From positions 53,931 through 117,930 of the forward strand of contig CBDBPB010000009.1 in NCBI GenBank assembly GCA_965208615.1: a DNA stretch of 64,000 nt. The letters run 5' to 3'. The stretch comes from Spirochaetota bacterium. GTDB taxonomy: Bacteria > Spirochaetota > UBA6919 > CBDBPB01. The translations under genes and the position numbers were made by a program. Positions 20,238 through 30,184 of this stretch are shown one piece after another. Under the pieces are notes generated by a model. The model did not search any database, was not told the origin of the DNA, and worked only from the letters and a program-made list of their open reading frames with translations. Within the stretch, counting starts at the first letter, position 1. Each line of letters opens with the position of its first letter.

Positions 20238-21266
20238 ATGTCAAAAATAAATGTCGGAATAGTAGGTGCCGCTGGATATAGCGGTACGGAACTACTAAAA
20301 CGTCTTATTAATCATCCCAATATAAATATTACAGTAATTACCTCCCAAACTAATCAAGGACTAAAACTATCAAAACTTAATCCATATTTTAAAAATAAGC
20401 TTGATATTGAGTTTAATGCTTTTAATCCGCAAGAACTTAAAGAAAAGTGTGATGCTATATTCTTTGCAACCCCTTCTGGAACAGCTATGAAATTGGCTCA
20501 TCACTTCTACGACTCATCCATTAAACTAATTGATATAAGTGGTGACTTTAGACTCTTATCCAATGAGGACTATGTTAAATGGTATAAAATAGAACATTAT
20601 GATCCAAAAGCATTAAAAAATTGGGTTTATGGTCTTAGCGAAATCTTTACTAAACAAGTTAAAAATGCTAAATATCTATCTAATCCAGGATGCTACCCCA
20701 CTTCCATACTCTTAGGACTACTACCTATACTAAAAATAGACAAGCCAAAACAACCAATTATATGTGATTGTAAATCGGGTATATCTGGAAAAGGTAAAAA
20801 GCTATCCCCAAACTCTTTATACGTTAGCTGTAACGAAAATACAATGGCATATAAAATTACTGGTCACCAACATATACCAGAAATTGAAAGAGCAATTCAT
20901 ACCTTTACAAATAAAAAACAAACAATTAGCTTCACCCCACATATAGTACCAATGGATAGAGGTATACTATCCACAATATATATAAGTTTATCATCAGCAA
21001 GTATAAACGATAAAACAATAAGGGATTACTATAATAAGTTTTACTCAAGTTCGATTTTTGTTAAAGTACTGCCAGAAGAAGAGCTCCCCCAAACTAAAAA
21101 TCTCACAATGACCAATGAATGCCATATATCTGTTAAAATGGATGAAAGAACGGGTATATTAAAAATCATATCGGCCATAGATAACCTCGTAAAAGGTGCC
21201 GCAGGCAGTGCAATACAGAACTTTAATCTTATGTTCTCGCTAAATGAAACTACCAGCCTAATTTAA
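20238..21266 (+). CDS. argC: N-acetyl-gamma-glutamyl-phosphate reductase
   Basis: GAAGYSG, DISGDFRL, NPGCYPT, HQHIPEI, IDNLVKGAAG. Confidence 0.97.
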   Translation: MSKINVGIVGAAGYSGTELLKRLINHPNINITVITSQTNQGLKLSKLNPYFKNKLDIEFNAFNPQELKEKCDAIFFATPSGTAMKLAHHFYDSSIKLIDISGDFRLLSNEDYVKWYKIEHYDPKALKNWVYGLSEIFTKQVKNAKYLSNPGCYPTSILLGLLPILKIDKPKQPIICDCKSGISGKGKKLSPNSLYVSCNENTMAYKITGHQHIPEIERAIHTFTNKKQTISFTPHIVPMDRGILSTIYISLSSASINDKTIRDYYNKFYSSSIFVKVLPEEELPQTKNLTMTNECHISVKMDERTGILKIISAIDNLVKGAAGSAIQNFNLMFSLNETTSLI

Positions 21267-21296
21267 TACGAATATTTTCTTATTGATAATAGAATA

Positions 21297-21962
21297 TTAA
21301 GCGGTAGAAAATATATTTTTAAAGGTAATATCAAAGCCGTCAGAAAAATCAATAATCAAGTATCCGCCAGACTCAAGATTACCAGGTGAAATAATATTGG
21401 TTATACCAAAGAGATCCTTTTTAGGCATTCCCTGCATCTGATCAGATATTAAAATATTTGGCGGATACTTAAAAATAAACGATCGTATCGCCTTACTCCC
21501 AATATGCTCCCCTCTGGCAGTCCTATCAAGCTTGGTATTAATAGGAGGTGTATGACTAAGCAAAATTGTATATTTAACATCCTTTACATAATTATAAGCC
21601 TCATTCAATAGCTCAGAAAACTCTCTTTCGCTAAACTCACTAGGATTCCTAAATAATGATATTCGTCCACCACCAATTCCATATATCCCTAACCCATCAA
21701 TAATTTTAGCCCTTCCATGAAGAGAAATATCCTTTAACTCAATGTACTCCAAAACAGACTCATTATCCAGCCTTCCAATAACAGCCATAACATTAGGATT
21801 AACTAATCTAAGAGGTCCAATAACTCTTTCTGCCTCAGCCCTGCCTCCATAAACAGTAATACTCCCTGTAAGGAGAATAAGATCAGCACTAACTAAATCC
21901 TCACGCATAGGCTTTATAAGATCGAAACTATTGTGAATATCACCTATAACAACAATTTTCAT
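21297..21962 (-). CDS. Metallophosphoesterase-fold protein with degenerate active site
   Basis: GDIH and SHTPP retained; other metal-ligand motifs altered (GSIT, GRLD, SDQMQ). Confidence 0.8.
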   Translation of the reverse strand: MKIVVIGDIHNSFDLIKPMREDLVSADLILLTGSITVYGGRAEAERVIGPLRLVNPNVMAVIGRLDNESVLEYIELKDISLHGRAKIIDGLGIYGIGGGRISLFRNPSEFSEREFSELLNEAYNYVKDVKYTILLSHTPPINTKLDRTARGEHIGSKAIRSFIFKYPPNILISDQMQGMPKKDLFGITNIISPGNLESGGYLIIDFSDGFDITFKNIFSTA

Positions 21963-22054
21963 ATATGATATACCATACTGAGTGCTACCATTATTATTCT
22001 AAAATATCTGTCTTAAAAAAAACACCAGCTTAAATAAATCTATATCCCTGGACA

Positions 22055-23356
22055 TCAAGAAAAAGCAAGATTATTATGTGCCTGAACTAACTTATCCCTA
22101 ATAGAAACCCCATATAAACACGCATACTCACAAGGAGAATCACATTCACTACATTTATCAGCCTTATGCAGAGAGAGTATATCATTATATTTCAACATAG
22201 ACTCTTTTTCTTCACCATAATTAGTAAAATACATATTATATCTTAGTATATCCGCTATATTAATTCCTTTTGGACATGCAGATTCACAATCATAGCAACC
22301 AATCTGACATTCTTTATCTAATGAAACCCCATACTGCCTTAATATCTCTCTATCATAATAAGTTAAGGTCTTACCCGATGCCTTAATATATTGATTAACC
22401 TGAGACATATTCTTCATTGTTACAACAAGATTGCTAACGTTAGGATCAGACAATACCCACTTAAAAGCCGCCTGAGCAAAAGTTCCATGACCCCTTAATT
22501 TATTAGGATCAACTCCCTTAGCTCCTTTTAAGGTTTTCATGGCTACAAAAGCAACTCCCTTATCATAGGCCTTCTTAGCCAATAATTTAATCTTAGGCAT
22601 ATACTTATCAATAGGATAACGATCATAACTATAAGCAGTCATAATTAATTTAAAATGTCCACTATCTATGGCATAGTCTAGCCCGCCTCCAATAGCCGAA
22701 GGATAACTATGGGAAGATACAGCTAAAAATCTCACTTTACCCTGTTTTTTTAAAGTATAAAAGGCCTCAAGCATATTAGGATCCTTAAGCCTTGAAATCT
22801 CCTTATTATTACGCTCACCAAGAGCATGGACAAATAAAAAATCAATATAATCAGTATTAAGCCTATTTAAGCTGTCCTCAACACCTTTTATATATGTAGG
22901 TTTATCAGCAAAGTAGTAGTGTCTAGGGTAACCGCCAACACTACACATCTTAGTAGCAATAATATATTTGTCCCTATGAATTTTACTAGCTTTAAAAGCC
23001 TTGCCAAGCACCCTTTCAGACCTGCCTGAACCATAATCAGGAGCAGTATCAAAATAATTTATCCCTAGCTCCATAGCCTTAATTACAACTCTTGGATCCT
23101 GAATACCTCCAGCACCAAAGGATATGTCAGAGGCCTTAAGACCAGTACTACCTAATGAACGATATACTATTTTTCTATGTTTACCAGTACCGTACTTAGC
23201 ATCCTCAAGGGAATCATCATTTTTAAACTCGGACTTAATAGGACTATTTTGAGAACTACTACTATTACACGAAGATATTCCTAATCCAACCAACGAAATT
23301 GAAGAAAGCTTTTTTATAAAACCTCTTCTGTTAAAACTTTTATCTTCACTATCCAT
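22055..23356 (-). CDS. Aldo/keto reductase with Tat signal and C-terminal 4Fe-4S dicluster
   Basis: NRRGFIKK twin-Arg signal, GINYFDTAPDYG, SLNRLNTDYID, CQIGCYDCESACP and CSECDSPCEYAC; ATG 23356 behind GGAGG. Confidence 0.92.
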   Translation of the reverse strand: MDSEDKSFNRRGFIKKLSSISLVGLGISSCNSSSSQNSPIKSEFKNDDSLEDAKYGTGKHRKIVYRSLGSTGLKASDISFGAGGIQDPRVVIKAMELGINYFDTAPDYGSGRSERVLGKAFKASKIHRDKYIIATKMCSVGGYPRHYYFADKPTYIKGVEDSLNRLNTDYIDFLFVHALGERNNKEISRLKDPNMLEAFYTLKKQGKVRFLAVSSHSYPSAIGGGLDYAIDSGHFKLIMTAYSYDRYPIDKYMPKIKLLAKKAYDKGVAFVAMKTLKGAKGVDPNKLRGHGTFAQAAFKWVLSDPNVSNLVVTMKNMSQVNQYIKASGKTLTYYDREILRQYGVSLDKECQIGCYDCESACPKGINIADILRYNMYFTNYGEEKESMLKYNDILSLHKADKCSECDSPCEYACLYGVSIRDKLVQAHNNLAFS

Positions 23357-23622
23357 AAAAACCTCCAATAAGATATGTTTATATACTAGCAGTTAATACA
23401 CCTAAGACCTTTAAGGACATTACTTCTGTGATAAAGTAGTAATACCTTATGATATTAGTATGTATACCAAAACAAGTGTAAAACTAAATAATACAATCTA
23501 TTTATGGAGATATCAATGTCGTTATAAATAAATTAGGAAACGTTTTTTATAATCGGATTAAATATAATATATGAAATTATAATCATATAACATTTTTTTA
23601 TTATTTTTAGTCTAACCATAAA

Positions 23623-23991
23623 TTAACTAGCGACTGATAGCTTATTACTTTTTTCCTTGTTGTAAGAACAATCTTTAAAATGGCTAAACTGCGTATCTCT
23701 ATGAAACCATAAAGCTTCAAAGTTGGTACAATAATAATGTTTGCTCGAAGATATATTAAGAAAAGCACATAACTGACAACGCTTCGAAACTTTTAAAAAA
23801 CTCGATATTTTTTTAATAAAGTCTCCTTCATTCTTAATTCTATCCCCCAAGTCTTTTTTTACACCGTTAATAACAATCTTTTTTCTTTTAACTACTATTT
23901 TATCACCATCAGATTTATTAGGTGAATTATTTACTGAATCCCTTTGCTTGCCAGCAGGGTGAATTCTTAATTTTTTCATAAATATCCTCAT
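23623..23991 (-). CDS. Hypothetical basic protein with Cys cluster
   Basis: CQLC...C...C pattern; probable start at the second Met (MKKLR) behind GAGGA. Confidence 0.6.
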   Translation of the reverse strand: MRIFMKKLRIHPAGKQRDSVNNSPNKSDGDKIVVKRKKIVINGVKKDLGDRIKNEGDFIKKISSFLKVSKRCQLCAFLNISSSKHYYCTNFEALWFHRDTQFSHFKDCSYNKEKSNKLSVAS

Positions 23992-24302
23992 TTAACAAAA
24001 TGTGTTGTTGATAATATTTTCACAAGGGGTAATTGACTTATTTTACAAAAAAAAAGGACTTCTTTTGTAGTTTTTACATAATGTGTTAAACACCTAAACG
24101 TCTTATATCAACAGAAAATCTAATCTTTTTATATACAATTTATGCTTAATATTAAAATAGTTAAGGCTATATAGCGGTTATAGAAAAATAGAATAAACTG
24201 TATAACGTATTTTCCAACAGTCTATTATAAAGCTTTTCAAGAAAATAATAAAAGTTATTACGAATAAAGCTAATCTATGTTTAATTAACATCGTTTAATA
24301 GG

Positions 24303-25175
24303 CTATAATTGTTTAACATTATAACCTTTTTTTAGTAATAAATTAATAATTCCCTTTCTACCTACTATATGTCCGGCACCTACTATTATAAAATAAGTTT
24401 TTTTAGTCTTTAAAAACCCTTCTATCTTGTTTACCATATTAGTATTACGTTTATCTATAAGCTTTTCATAAATCGGAGCTAAAGCCAAGTTTTTGTATAT
24501 ATCATCAAAAAACAGCTTTTTGAAAGCCCTTACATCACCAATGCTCCATCTATACAAAAGTTTATTCATTTTACCCTTTACCAATGAAAGATCTTTTATA
24601 GTATAATATAAAAACTTTTCCTGAAGACTAGGAGAAAAATCATTAAAAAGCTTCATTTGTGTTATACCATCTTCCAGACCTAAAATCTCTTTTTTTTCGG
24701 AGTTTAACAGTATAAAATATTTCTCTATACCGTAATTAATGCCAAAGCCATCCCTATCCAATTTTTTATATGTAATCGTAAAAGCTACAAACCATGGTCT
24801 AAACCTATTTAACAATACCATTGATAAGTTTAGGTCTTTGGCTGTTTTTTTAACTAGCTTATACGTTTTTTTAGAAATATTCTGTTTAAGAGTTGTTCCA
24901 AAAGGATATTTAATATATTTCATACTATTAAAATCAAGGTCGTCTTCTGATTTATCTGTTTCCATAACCAGTACATCAGAACTATTAAATGATTTTAATA
25001 TTGTGGGATGCAAGGGATAGATTTTTCTTTTGCCAACATGAATAGAGCCTAATATATATGCTCTAGTACTTTTTGACTTAACCTCCCACAAAAAGGGACG
25101 CTTATTAACCCCTTCAACGCTAGATACTAATGTTAAAAAAACAACAATAAATAAGCAATGTTTAACTTTATTCAT
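24303..25175 (-). CDS. TraB/GumN family protein
   Basis: FLWEV, YILGSIHVG, GLED, KRNTNM, FIIVGAGHIVG, GYNVKQL; signal peptide. Confidence 0.93.
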   Translation of the reverse strand: MNKVKHCLFIVVFLTLVSSVEGVNKRPFLWEVKSKSTRAYILGSIHVGKRKIYPLHPTILKSFNSSDVLVMETDKSEDDLDFNSMKYIKYPFGTTLKQNISKKTYKLVKKTAKDLNLSMVLLNRFRPWFVAFTITYKKLDRDGFGINYGIEKYFILLNSEKKEILGLEDGITQMKLFNDFSPSLQEKFLYYTIKDLSLVKGKMNKLLYRWSIGDVRAFKKLFFDDIYKNLALAPIYEKLIDKRNTNMVNKIEGFLKTKKTYFIIVGAGHIVGRKGIINLLLKKGYNVKQL

Positions 25176-25732
25176 ATAAAAAAAGACCCCAATTGCTTAT
25201 AAGTAAAAACTTTAAAAAAGTATAAGATTAATAAGAAATTAATATATCGGATTCTAAAGTCAATAGAATAAATAAATATAGATTAAAAATAAAAAAGTCT
25301 TTTTTTCTTTCTATTTTTTTTTAAAATTAATATGATAAAGTTTTTATTAAATCTTTTTAACATATAACTAAAACTATACTTGCCCATTAGATAGCAATTA
25401 TTAACAACTATAAAACTTTAAACCATAATTACTAACTTTTTAATAATAAAAAAGATAACCCGAGTAACTAGTTTTTATATAAGATTATTAATAATATAAT
25501 CTATCTTATTATAAGATAACAAATTATTTTATAATAACTACCCTATTCATAAAAATAATTAAAGCTATATAACCCTACATGAGGCCTGGATTGCTATAAA
25601 AGATAATATAAATATTTAAAAAAAATGCTAAAGTTTTTACTTTTTCTGCCAAGAATATAAAGTTTAGCTAGATAATTAACGAATATATACTAAGGTTTAA
25701 ACTAATCTTTAATCAAAAGGATCAGGATAGAT

Positions 25733-25776
25733 GTTCTAACCTTCTGTAGTTAAAACCTACAGAAGAGGGTTAGAGC
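25733..25776. other. Long GC-rich hairpin (terminator of the ABC gene or part of an ncRNA)
   Basis: GTTCTAACCTTCTGTAG-TTAAAAC-CTACAGAAGAGGGTTAGAGC. Confidence 0.6.
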
Positions 25777-25810
25777 AATGTCTCTTTATAACAGAACGCT
25801 AAGGAAAGTT

Positions 25811-27568
25811 TTAATATTGTTGTATCTCATAAAGCTTTTGGTATTCACCATTAGCTTTAACAAGCTTATCATGATTACCAAGCTCAATAACTTTAGCATC
25901 TTTTAAAACTATAATCTGCTCAGCATGAACAATATTAGAGAATTGATGGGTTATAATAAGAGTAGTTTGGTTTTTCATAGTAGTAGTAATAGTATTTTGG
26001 ATCATTTTTTGTGAATAGCTGTCTAGTGATTTAGTTGCCTCATCCAATATCAAGAGTTCTGGTTTTCTAATAATAGCCCTTGCCAAAGATATTCTCTGTT
26101 TTTCACCTCCGGATAAATTAATCCCCCCTTCTCCTATTATAGTATTAAATCCATTTGGAAAAGCCATGATAAAATCGTAAGCATTAGCCAATTTAGCAGA
26201 TTCAACTACATCTATATTTTTAGCATCGGGTTTGGCATATAATATATTATCCTTTATAGAAGCATGAAAAAGAAAATCTTCTTGAGGTACAATACTAATC
26301 CGTTTTCTTAGGCTAACAGGATCAAAGTCATTAATATTAATATCATCAAAATATATATTCCCCTTATTAGCACAGTACAAAAGGGTTAGAAGGCTAGTAA
26401 TTGAGCTTTTTCCTACTCCGCTTTCCCCAACTATGGCTGTATGTCTACCTTTGGGAATCTTAATGGATATATTATTTAAAACTAAAGGTCCGCCATTAAA
26501 AGCAAAACTAACGTTATCGAAATAGATCCCATTTTTAATGGATTTAAACGTATACTTAGCAATAATACTTGGTTTTTTATTATAGTCAGCATCAACCAAA
26601 AAGTCAAGTATACGCCTAAGGGCAACCAAAGTCTGCTTAATTAAAATTACTACCCTTGACAACTCCCTAATAGGGTTGGATAAAGTAAAAAGTGCCACTA
26701 TAAATGCAATAAAACGATCTATGGATAACCTATTGTTAATTAGCTCATAGCCTCCCACTGCCAAAATTATAATCAAACATATAGCCCCTATAAGCTCAAT
26801 GGATGGCCTATTTAGTGATTCATAAAATATTAACTTTTTTTCTTGTTTAAAAAACCTTCTATTCGCAGAACTAAACTTATCCCTTTCTTTATCCTCGGAT
26901 GCAAACATTTTTATCAACTTTAAATTACGCAAAGTTTCACTAATTAGTGATATTAAATAAGAAAAGTCATCTCTAATATCGGCTTCTACCCTCTTAACCA
27001 GTCCGGATATCTTATGAACCGAGTAAAATAGAATGGGAGCCAATAAAAATACAGTAATAGTAAGCAATACACTCATATATGCCATTGTAAATATTGACCC
27101 AATAATTATTAAAGGCTCCTTAATGAGGTTTATTATTTTATCCACAGTAAAGCGTTCTACCACCAAAAGATCGGAGTTCATTAAAGACATAGTATTTCGC
27201 TTTCGCTCATAGTGGGAATAGCTTATTGGCAGGTCTAATACTCTTTTATAGATGTCATTCCTTAGGGTAAAAAGGACTTTTTTTCCAAATAATCCCATTA
27301 AGTAATTCTGTAAAAACGTGAAAACTACCATAATAATAACTACCATAACCGCTAATACCATTAGCCATACAAACTCTTCTTGATAAACCTTTATAAAGCT
27401 TTCTAGTTCGTTATCAGAATTACTCACCCTCTGGAATAGGCCTATAATCCTCTTAAATAAATATATTGGGGCTATGGTAGCAAGAGAGACTAAAATAATA
27501 GATAAAACCCCTCCTATAAGTAAAAGCCTATTCTCATATACATAATTACTAAGATTATATGTTTTCAA
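25811..27568 (-). CDS. ABC exporter, fused permease/ATP-binding (MsbA-like)
   Basis: 6-TM domain, Walker A GESGVGKS, signature LSGGEKQR, Walker B ILDEAT. TTG at 27568 preferred over ATG 27622. Confidence 0.93.
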   Translation of the reverse strand: MKTYNLSNYVYENRLLLIGGVLSIILVSLATIAPIYLFKRIIGLFQRVSNSDNELESFIKVYQEEFVWLMVLAVMVVIIMVVFTFLQNYLMGLFGKKVLFTLRNDIYKRVLDLPISYSHYERKRNTMSLMNSDLLVVERFTVDKIINLIKEPLIIIGSIFTMAYMSVLLTITVFLLAPILFYSVHKISGLVKRVEADIRDDFSYLISLISETLRNLKLIKMFASEDKERDKFSSANRRFFKQEKKLIFYESLNRPSIELIGAICLIIILAVGGYELINNRLSIDRFIAFIVALFTLSNPIRELSRVVILIKQTLVALRRILDFLVDADYNKKPSIIAKYTFKSIKNGIYFDNVSFAFNGGPLVLNNISIKIPKGRHTAIVGESGVGKSSITSLLTLLYCANKGNIYFDDININDFDPVSLRKRISIVPQEDFLFHASIKDNILYAKPDAKNIDVVESAKLANAYDFIMAFPNGFNTIIGEGGINLSGGEKQRISLARAIIRKPELLILDEATKSLDSYSQKMIQNTITTTMKNQTTLIITHQFSNIVHAEQIIVLKDAKVIELGNHDKLVKANGEYQKLYEIQQY

Positions 27569-27691
27569 GTGCCTATCCCGTAAAAAAGTGTAACTAGCAA
27601 ATATAAATAAAAAATAGTTCATTTTTATATAAAAAAAAGTATCTTTTCATAATGGATAACCTATCCGCCTAACTTCTATAAAGGGGATTAT

Positions 27692-28045
27692 ATGATAAGA
27701 TGTTTAATCATTATACTAATACTAATGGGTGCGGGAGCTTTTATTATCTATAGATTTAGCCTGAGAAGGCTTATTACAAACAAAAACTGGAAGATGCCTT
27801 TAAAACCCTTTACCCCAGAAGAAAAAGAAAGTATAGTTATAAAAATCGCAAAAGAAAAACAAGGACGAATTACTCCCATTGACGTCGCCGAAAAAGGACG
27901 TATATCAATAGATGATGCAGAAAAAATCCTTAAAAACCTCAACAATAAAGGATATGTGGATATAAAAGTCGACGATAATGGACGAGTATATTATGAATTT
28001 ACTGACTATCTGCCCAATAACAACTGGGATAACAATACTAACTAG
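27692..28045 (+). CDS. Hypothetical membrane-anchored winged-helix protein
   Basis: N-terminal TM, then GRITPIDVA...DAEKILKNL..KGYV...GRVYYEF; GGGGA RBS. Confidence 0.75.
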   Translation: MIRCLIIILILMGAGAFIIYRFSLRRLITNKNWKMPLKPFTPEEKESIVIKIAKEKQGRITPIDVAEKGRISIDDAEKILKNLNNKGYVDIKVDDNGRVYYEFTDYLPNNNWDNNTN

Positions 28046-28145
28046 CACAAGTAATACAAAATATATTAATACCTATTATTTTAATAATCCAAAGTTAATT
28101 TTATGCCAAACAACGCCGACCACTTTAGTCATCAAGGAGGATAAA

Positions 28146-28283
28146 ATGGAAAAAAACTCTGATGACTACAACCACAACCTAAAAACCCATAAGCCTGATA
28201 ACGAAATCGATAGAATAATTAAAAATATAGAAGTCGTTGAAAACTTTACCTTTTATGACGACATGGAACTAATAGACAGCTAA
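28146..28283 (+). CDS. Small acidic protein (45 aa)
   Basis: AAGGAGG RBS 5 nt before ATG 28146; MEKNSDDYNHNLKTHKPDNEIDRIIKNIEVVENFTFYDDMELIDS. Confidence 0.65.
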   Translation: MEKNSDDYNHNLKTHKPDNEIDRIIKNIEVVENFTFYDDMELIDS

Positions 28284-28366
28284 TAATTTTAATAAAATAA
28301 GTATGACTAAAATAAACTTAAGAATAAGTCCTATATAAAGTTATAGTATTCCCTGATCCGAGAAGT

Positions 28367-28393
28367 GCAAAATGGCAAAATTTGTCATTTTGC
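28367..28393. terminator. Inverted repeat between convergent genes, probable bidirectional terminator
   Basis: GCAAAATGGCAAA-A-TTTGTCATTTTGC. Confidence 0.55.
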
Positions 28394-28412
28394 CTATATA
28401 AAAGTTATTAGT

Positions 28413-30176
28413 TCACTTTTTAACAGCGTATATCTCAAATGTATCCCCCATCCCCGCCTTTTTTAATAACCATATAAGAATCTGACTAACAAAGGGAATC
28501 ATCTTTAAAAACCTATACAAAAAAGAAGGCAAAAACCTGTTAATATGAACCCCAGTAATAACTACTTTCCTTATCCTGAAACCCAAAGACCTCAATAACA
28601 TAGACAAAGACTTCGGAGAAAACTCTATATAATGATCCTTTGGTATACTATTTATATAGCTCGCTTTATTAGCCCTAAAACTAATCCCATTAGAATTGGG
28701 AGTAGATAAGGCAAGTAACCCTCCCCTCTTAAGAGAACTGTGTATAGCACTCAATATAAATAAAAAATCCCTGTTATGCTCAATAAAATACCAAGCAACT
28801 ATAATATCATATTCATTTTTAGCTAAAGTCAGTTGGCTAACATCGGCATTTATAAGCCCTAAACCTAACTCATCCCTCGCATAACTAATGGCATACTCAG
28901 AAAGCTCAACTCCCTCAACATCGTATCCACATTGCCTTGCCATCTCTAAAAAAAAACCTAATGCACATCCCAACTCTAATAACTTAAAGCCGCTTTTGCG
29001 TATGCCGTTGATAACATTAAGACGCCTTCTATTCAATACATTAATCTGATCCTTATCCTCTAAATAAGTTCTACCGTACTGATTAGCGTATTGAACCGTA
29101 AAATAATCACTGTCATACTCCCCCTCATAATAATATCCAGGACTCCTATATGCACTGCAACAACCAAAACAATAATAGTGGTTAAACCAATCATCCCTAT
29201 CATAAATAAATCCAAGATGTCCACAAATAGGACATAACTCATCCTCCCTGCTGATAAGACTATTAATAATATTAACTATCCTATTTCCTCCATCAAGATC
29301 AAGAGTAATAGCGTTAGACAAAGGACTAGCCCTATTAAGATATGACCTAAGACTATTAAGAATATCGTATTTCCTTATCTGATCAGCAACTCCCAAGTTA
29401 ATAATTCCCTCTAACTCATTGGCTAAACCATTGTGATAGCTCGTGGGATTTATAACTACAACCGGAGTACCAATATATACAGCCTCGTAAACAGTAAGAC
29501 CAAATGATGTAATAACTATATCACTATGCTGTATTTCATAATAAAAATTAGAATTATAGTCCATTACCTCTACATTGTCCCACTCCCTAATACCTCTATA
29601 TAAAGGCCCCAATATAACAGTCAGACTATATGAATGATCAAATCCCTTTAATATATCTACAGTAAAGGATGTAAGCCCATAAGGATCCTCACCTCCAAAT
29701 GTTATAATAATCCTATTATAGCTATTATAACCCCTCTTATAACGAGCAATAGACTTATCCATAATAAAATACTCCAACCCGCTAAAATTAGCAATTGCCT
29801 TATCTATAACAGGTAGTACGTTAATATTAATATCAGAATAAGCCAATCCGCTGCCATGATCATCAATGGATAGTACTTTTGTATGCCTTTTAAGCCTCTT
29901 AGTAAAAGAAATATCAGAATCCCTACAGTCCAATACCACCAAAGATGGACTATGCCGCCTAACAAGCCTTATAAAATTATAGCTATTCTTGTAAATGTCG
30001 AATAATATAGATCTCGTCTCTAAATATTTATACGCAAGCTCATCGCCGTCAATAATAAAATATACACCATAATATGACTTAATAAGCTTGAATAACTCTA
30101 TAGCCCTTTTTAAATGACCAAAACCATATCCCTTTCCAGCTTTCACAAATAGTAAAATATGCTTTCCATTTTCCAT
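28413..30176 (-). CDS. SpsG/PseG-like glycosyltransferase-fold domain fused to a class I SAM methyltransferase
   Basis: GYGFGHLKRA, TFGGEDP, TSFGLTVYEA; CPICG...CFGC linker; LLELGCALGFFL, WYFIEH, LSTPN. Confidence 0.85.
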   Translation of the reverse strand: MENGKHILLFVKAGKGYGFGHLKRAIELFKLIKSYYGVYFIIDGDELAYKYLETRSILFDIYKNSYNFIRLVRRHSPSLVVLDCRDSDISFTKRLKRHTKVLSIDDHGSGLAYSDININVLPVIDKAIANFSGLEYFIMDKSIARYKRGYNSYNRIIITFGGEDPYGLTSFTVDILKGFDHSYSLTVILGPLYRGIREWDNVEVMDYNSNFYYEIQHSDIVITSFGLTVYEAVYIGTPVVVINPTSYHNGLANELEGIINLGVADQIRKYDILNSLRSYLNRASPLSNAITLDLDGGNRIVNIINSLISREDELCPICGHLGFIYDRDDWFNHYYCFGCCSAYRSPGYYYEGEYDSDYFTVQYANQYGRTYLEDKDQINVLNRRRLNVINGIRKSGFKLLELGCALGFFLEMARQCGYDVEGVELSEYAISYARDELGLGLINADVSQLTLAKNEYDIIVAWYFIEHNRDFLFILSAIHSSLKRGGLLALSTPNSNGISFRANKASYINSIPKDHYIEFSPKSLSMLLRSLGFRIRKVVITGVHINRFLPSFLYRFLKMIPFVSQILIWLLKKAGMGDTFEIYAVKK

Positions 30177-30184
30177 AGGCCAAT

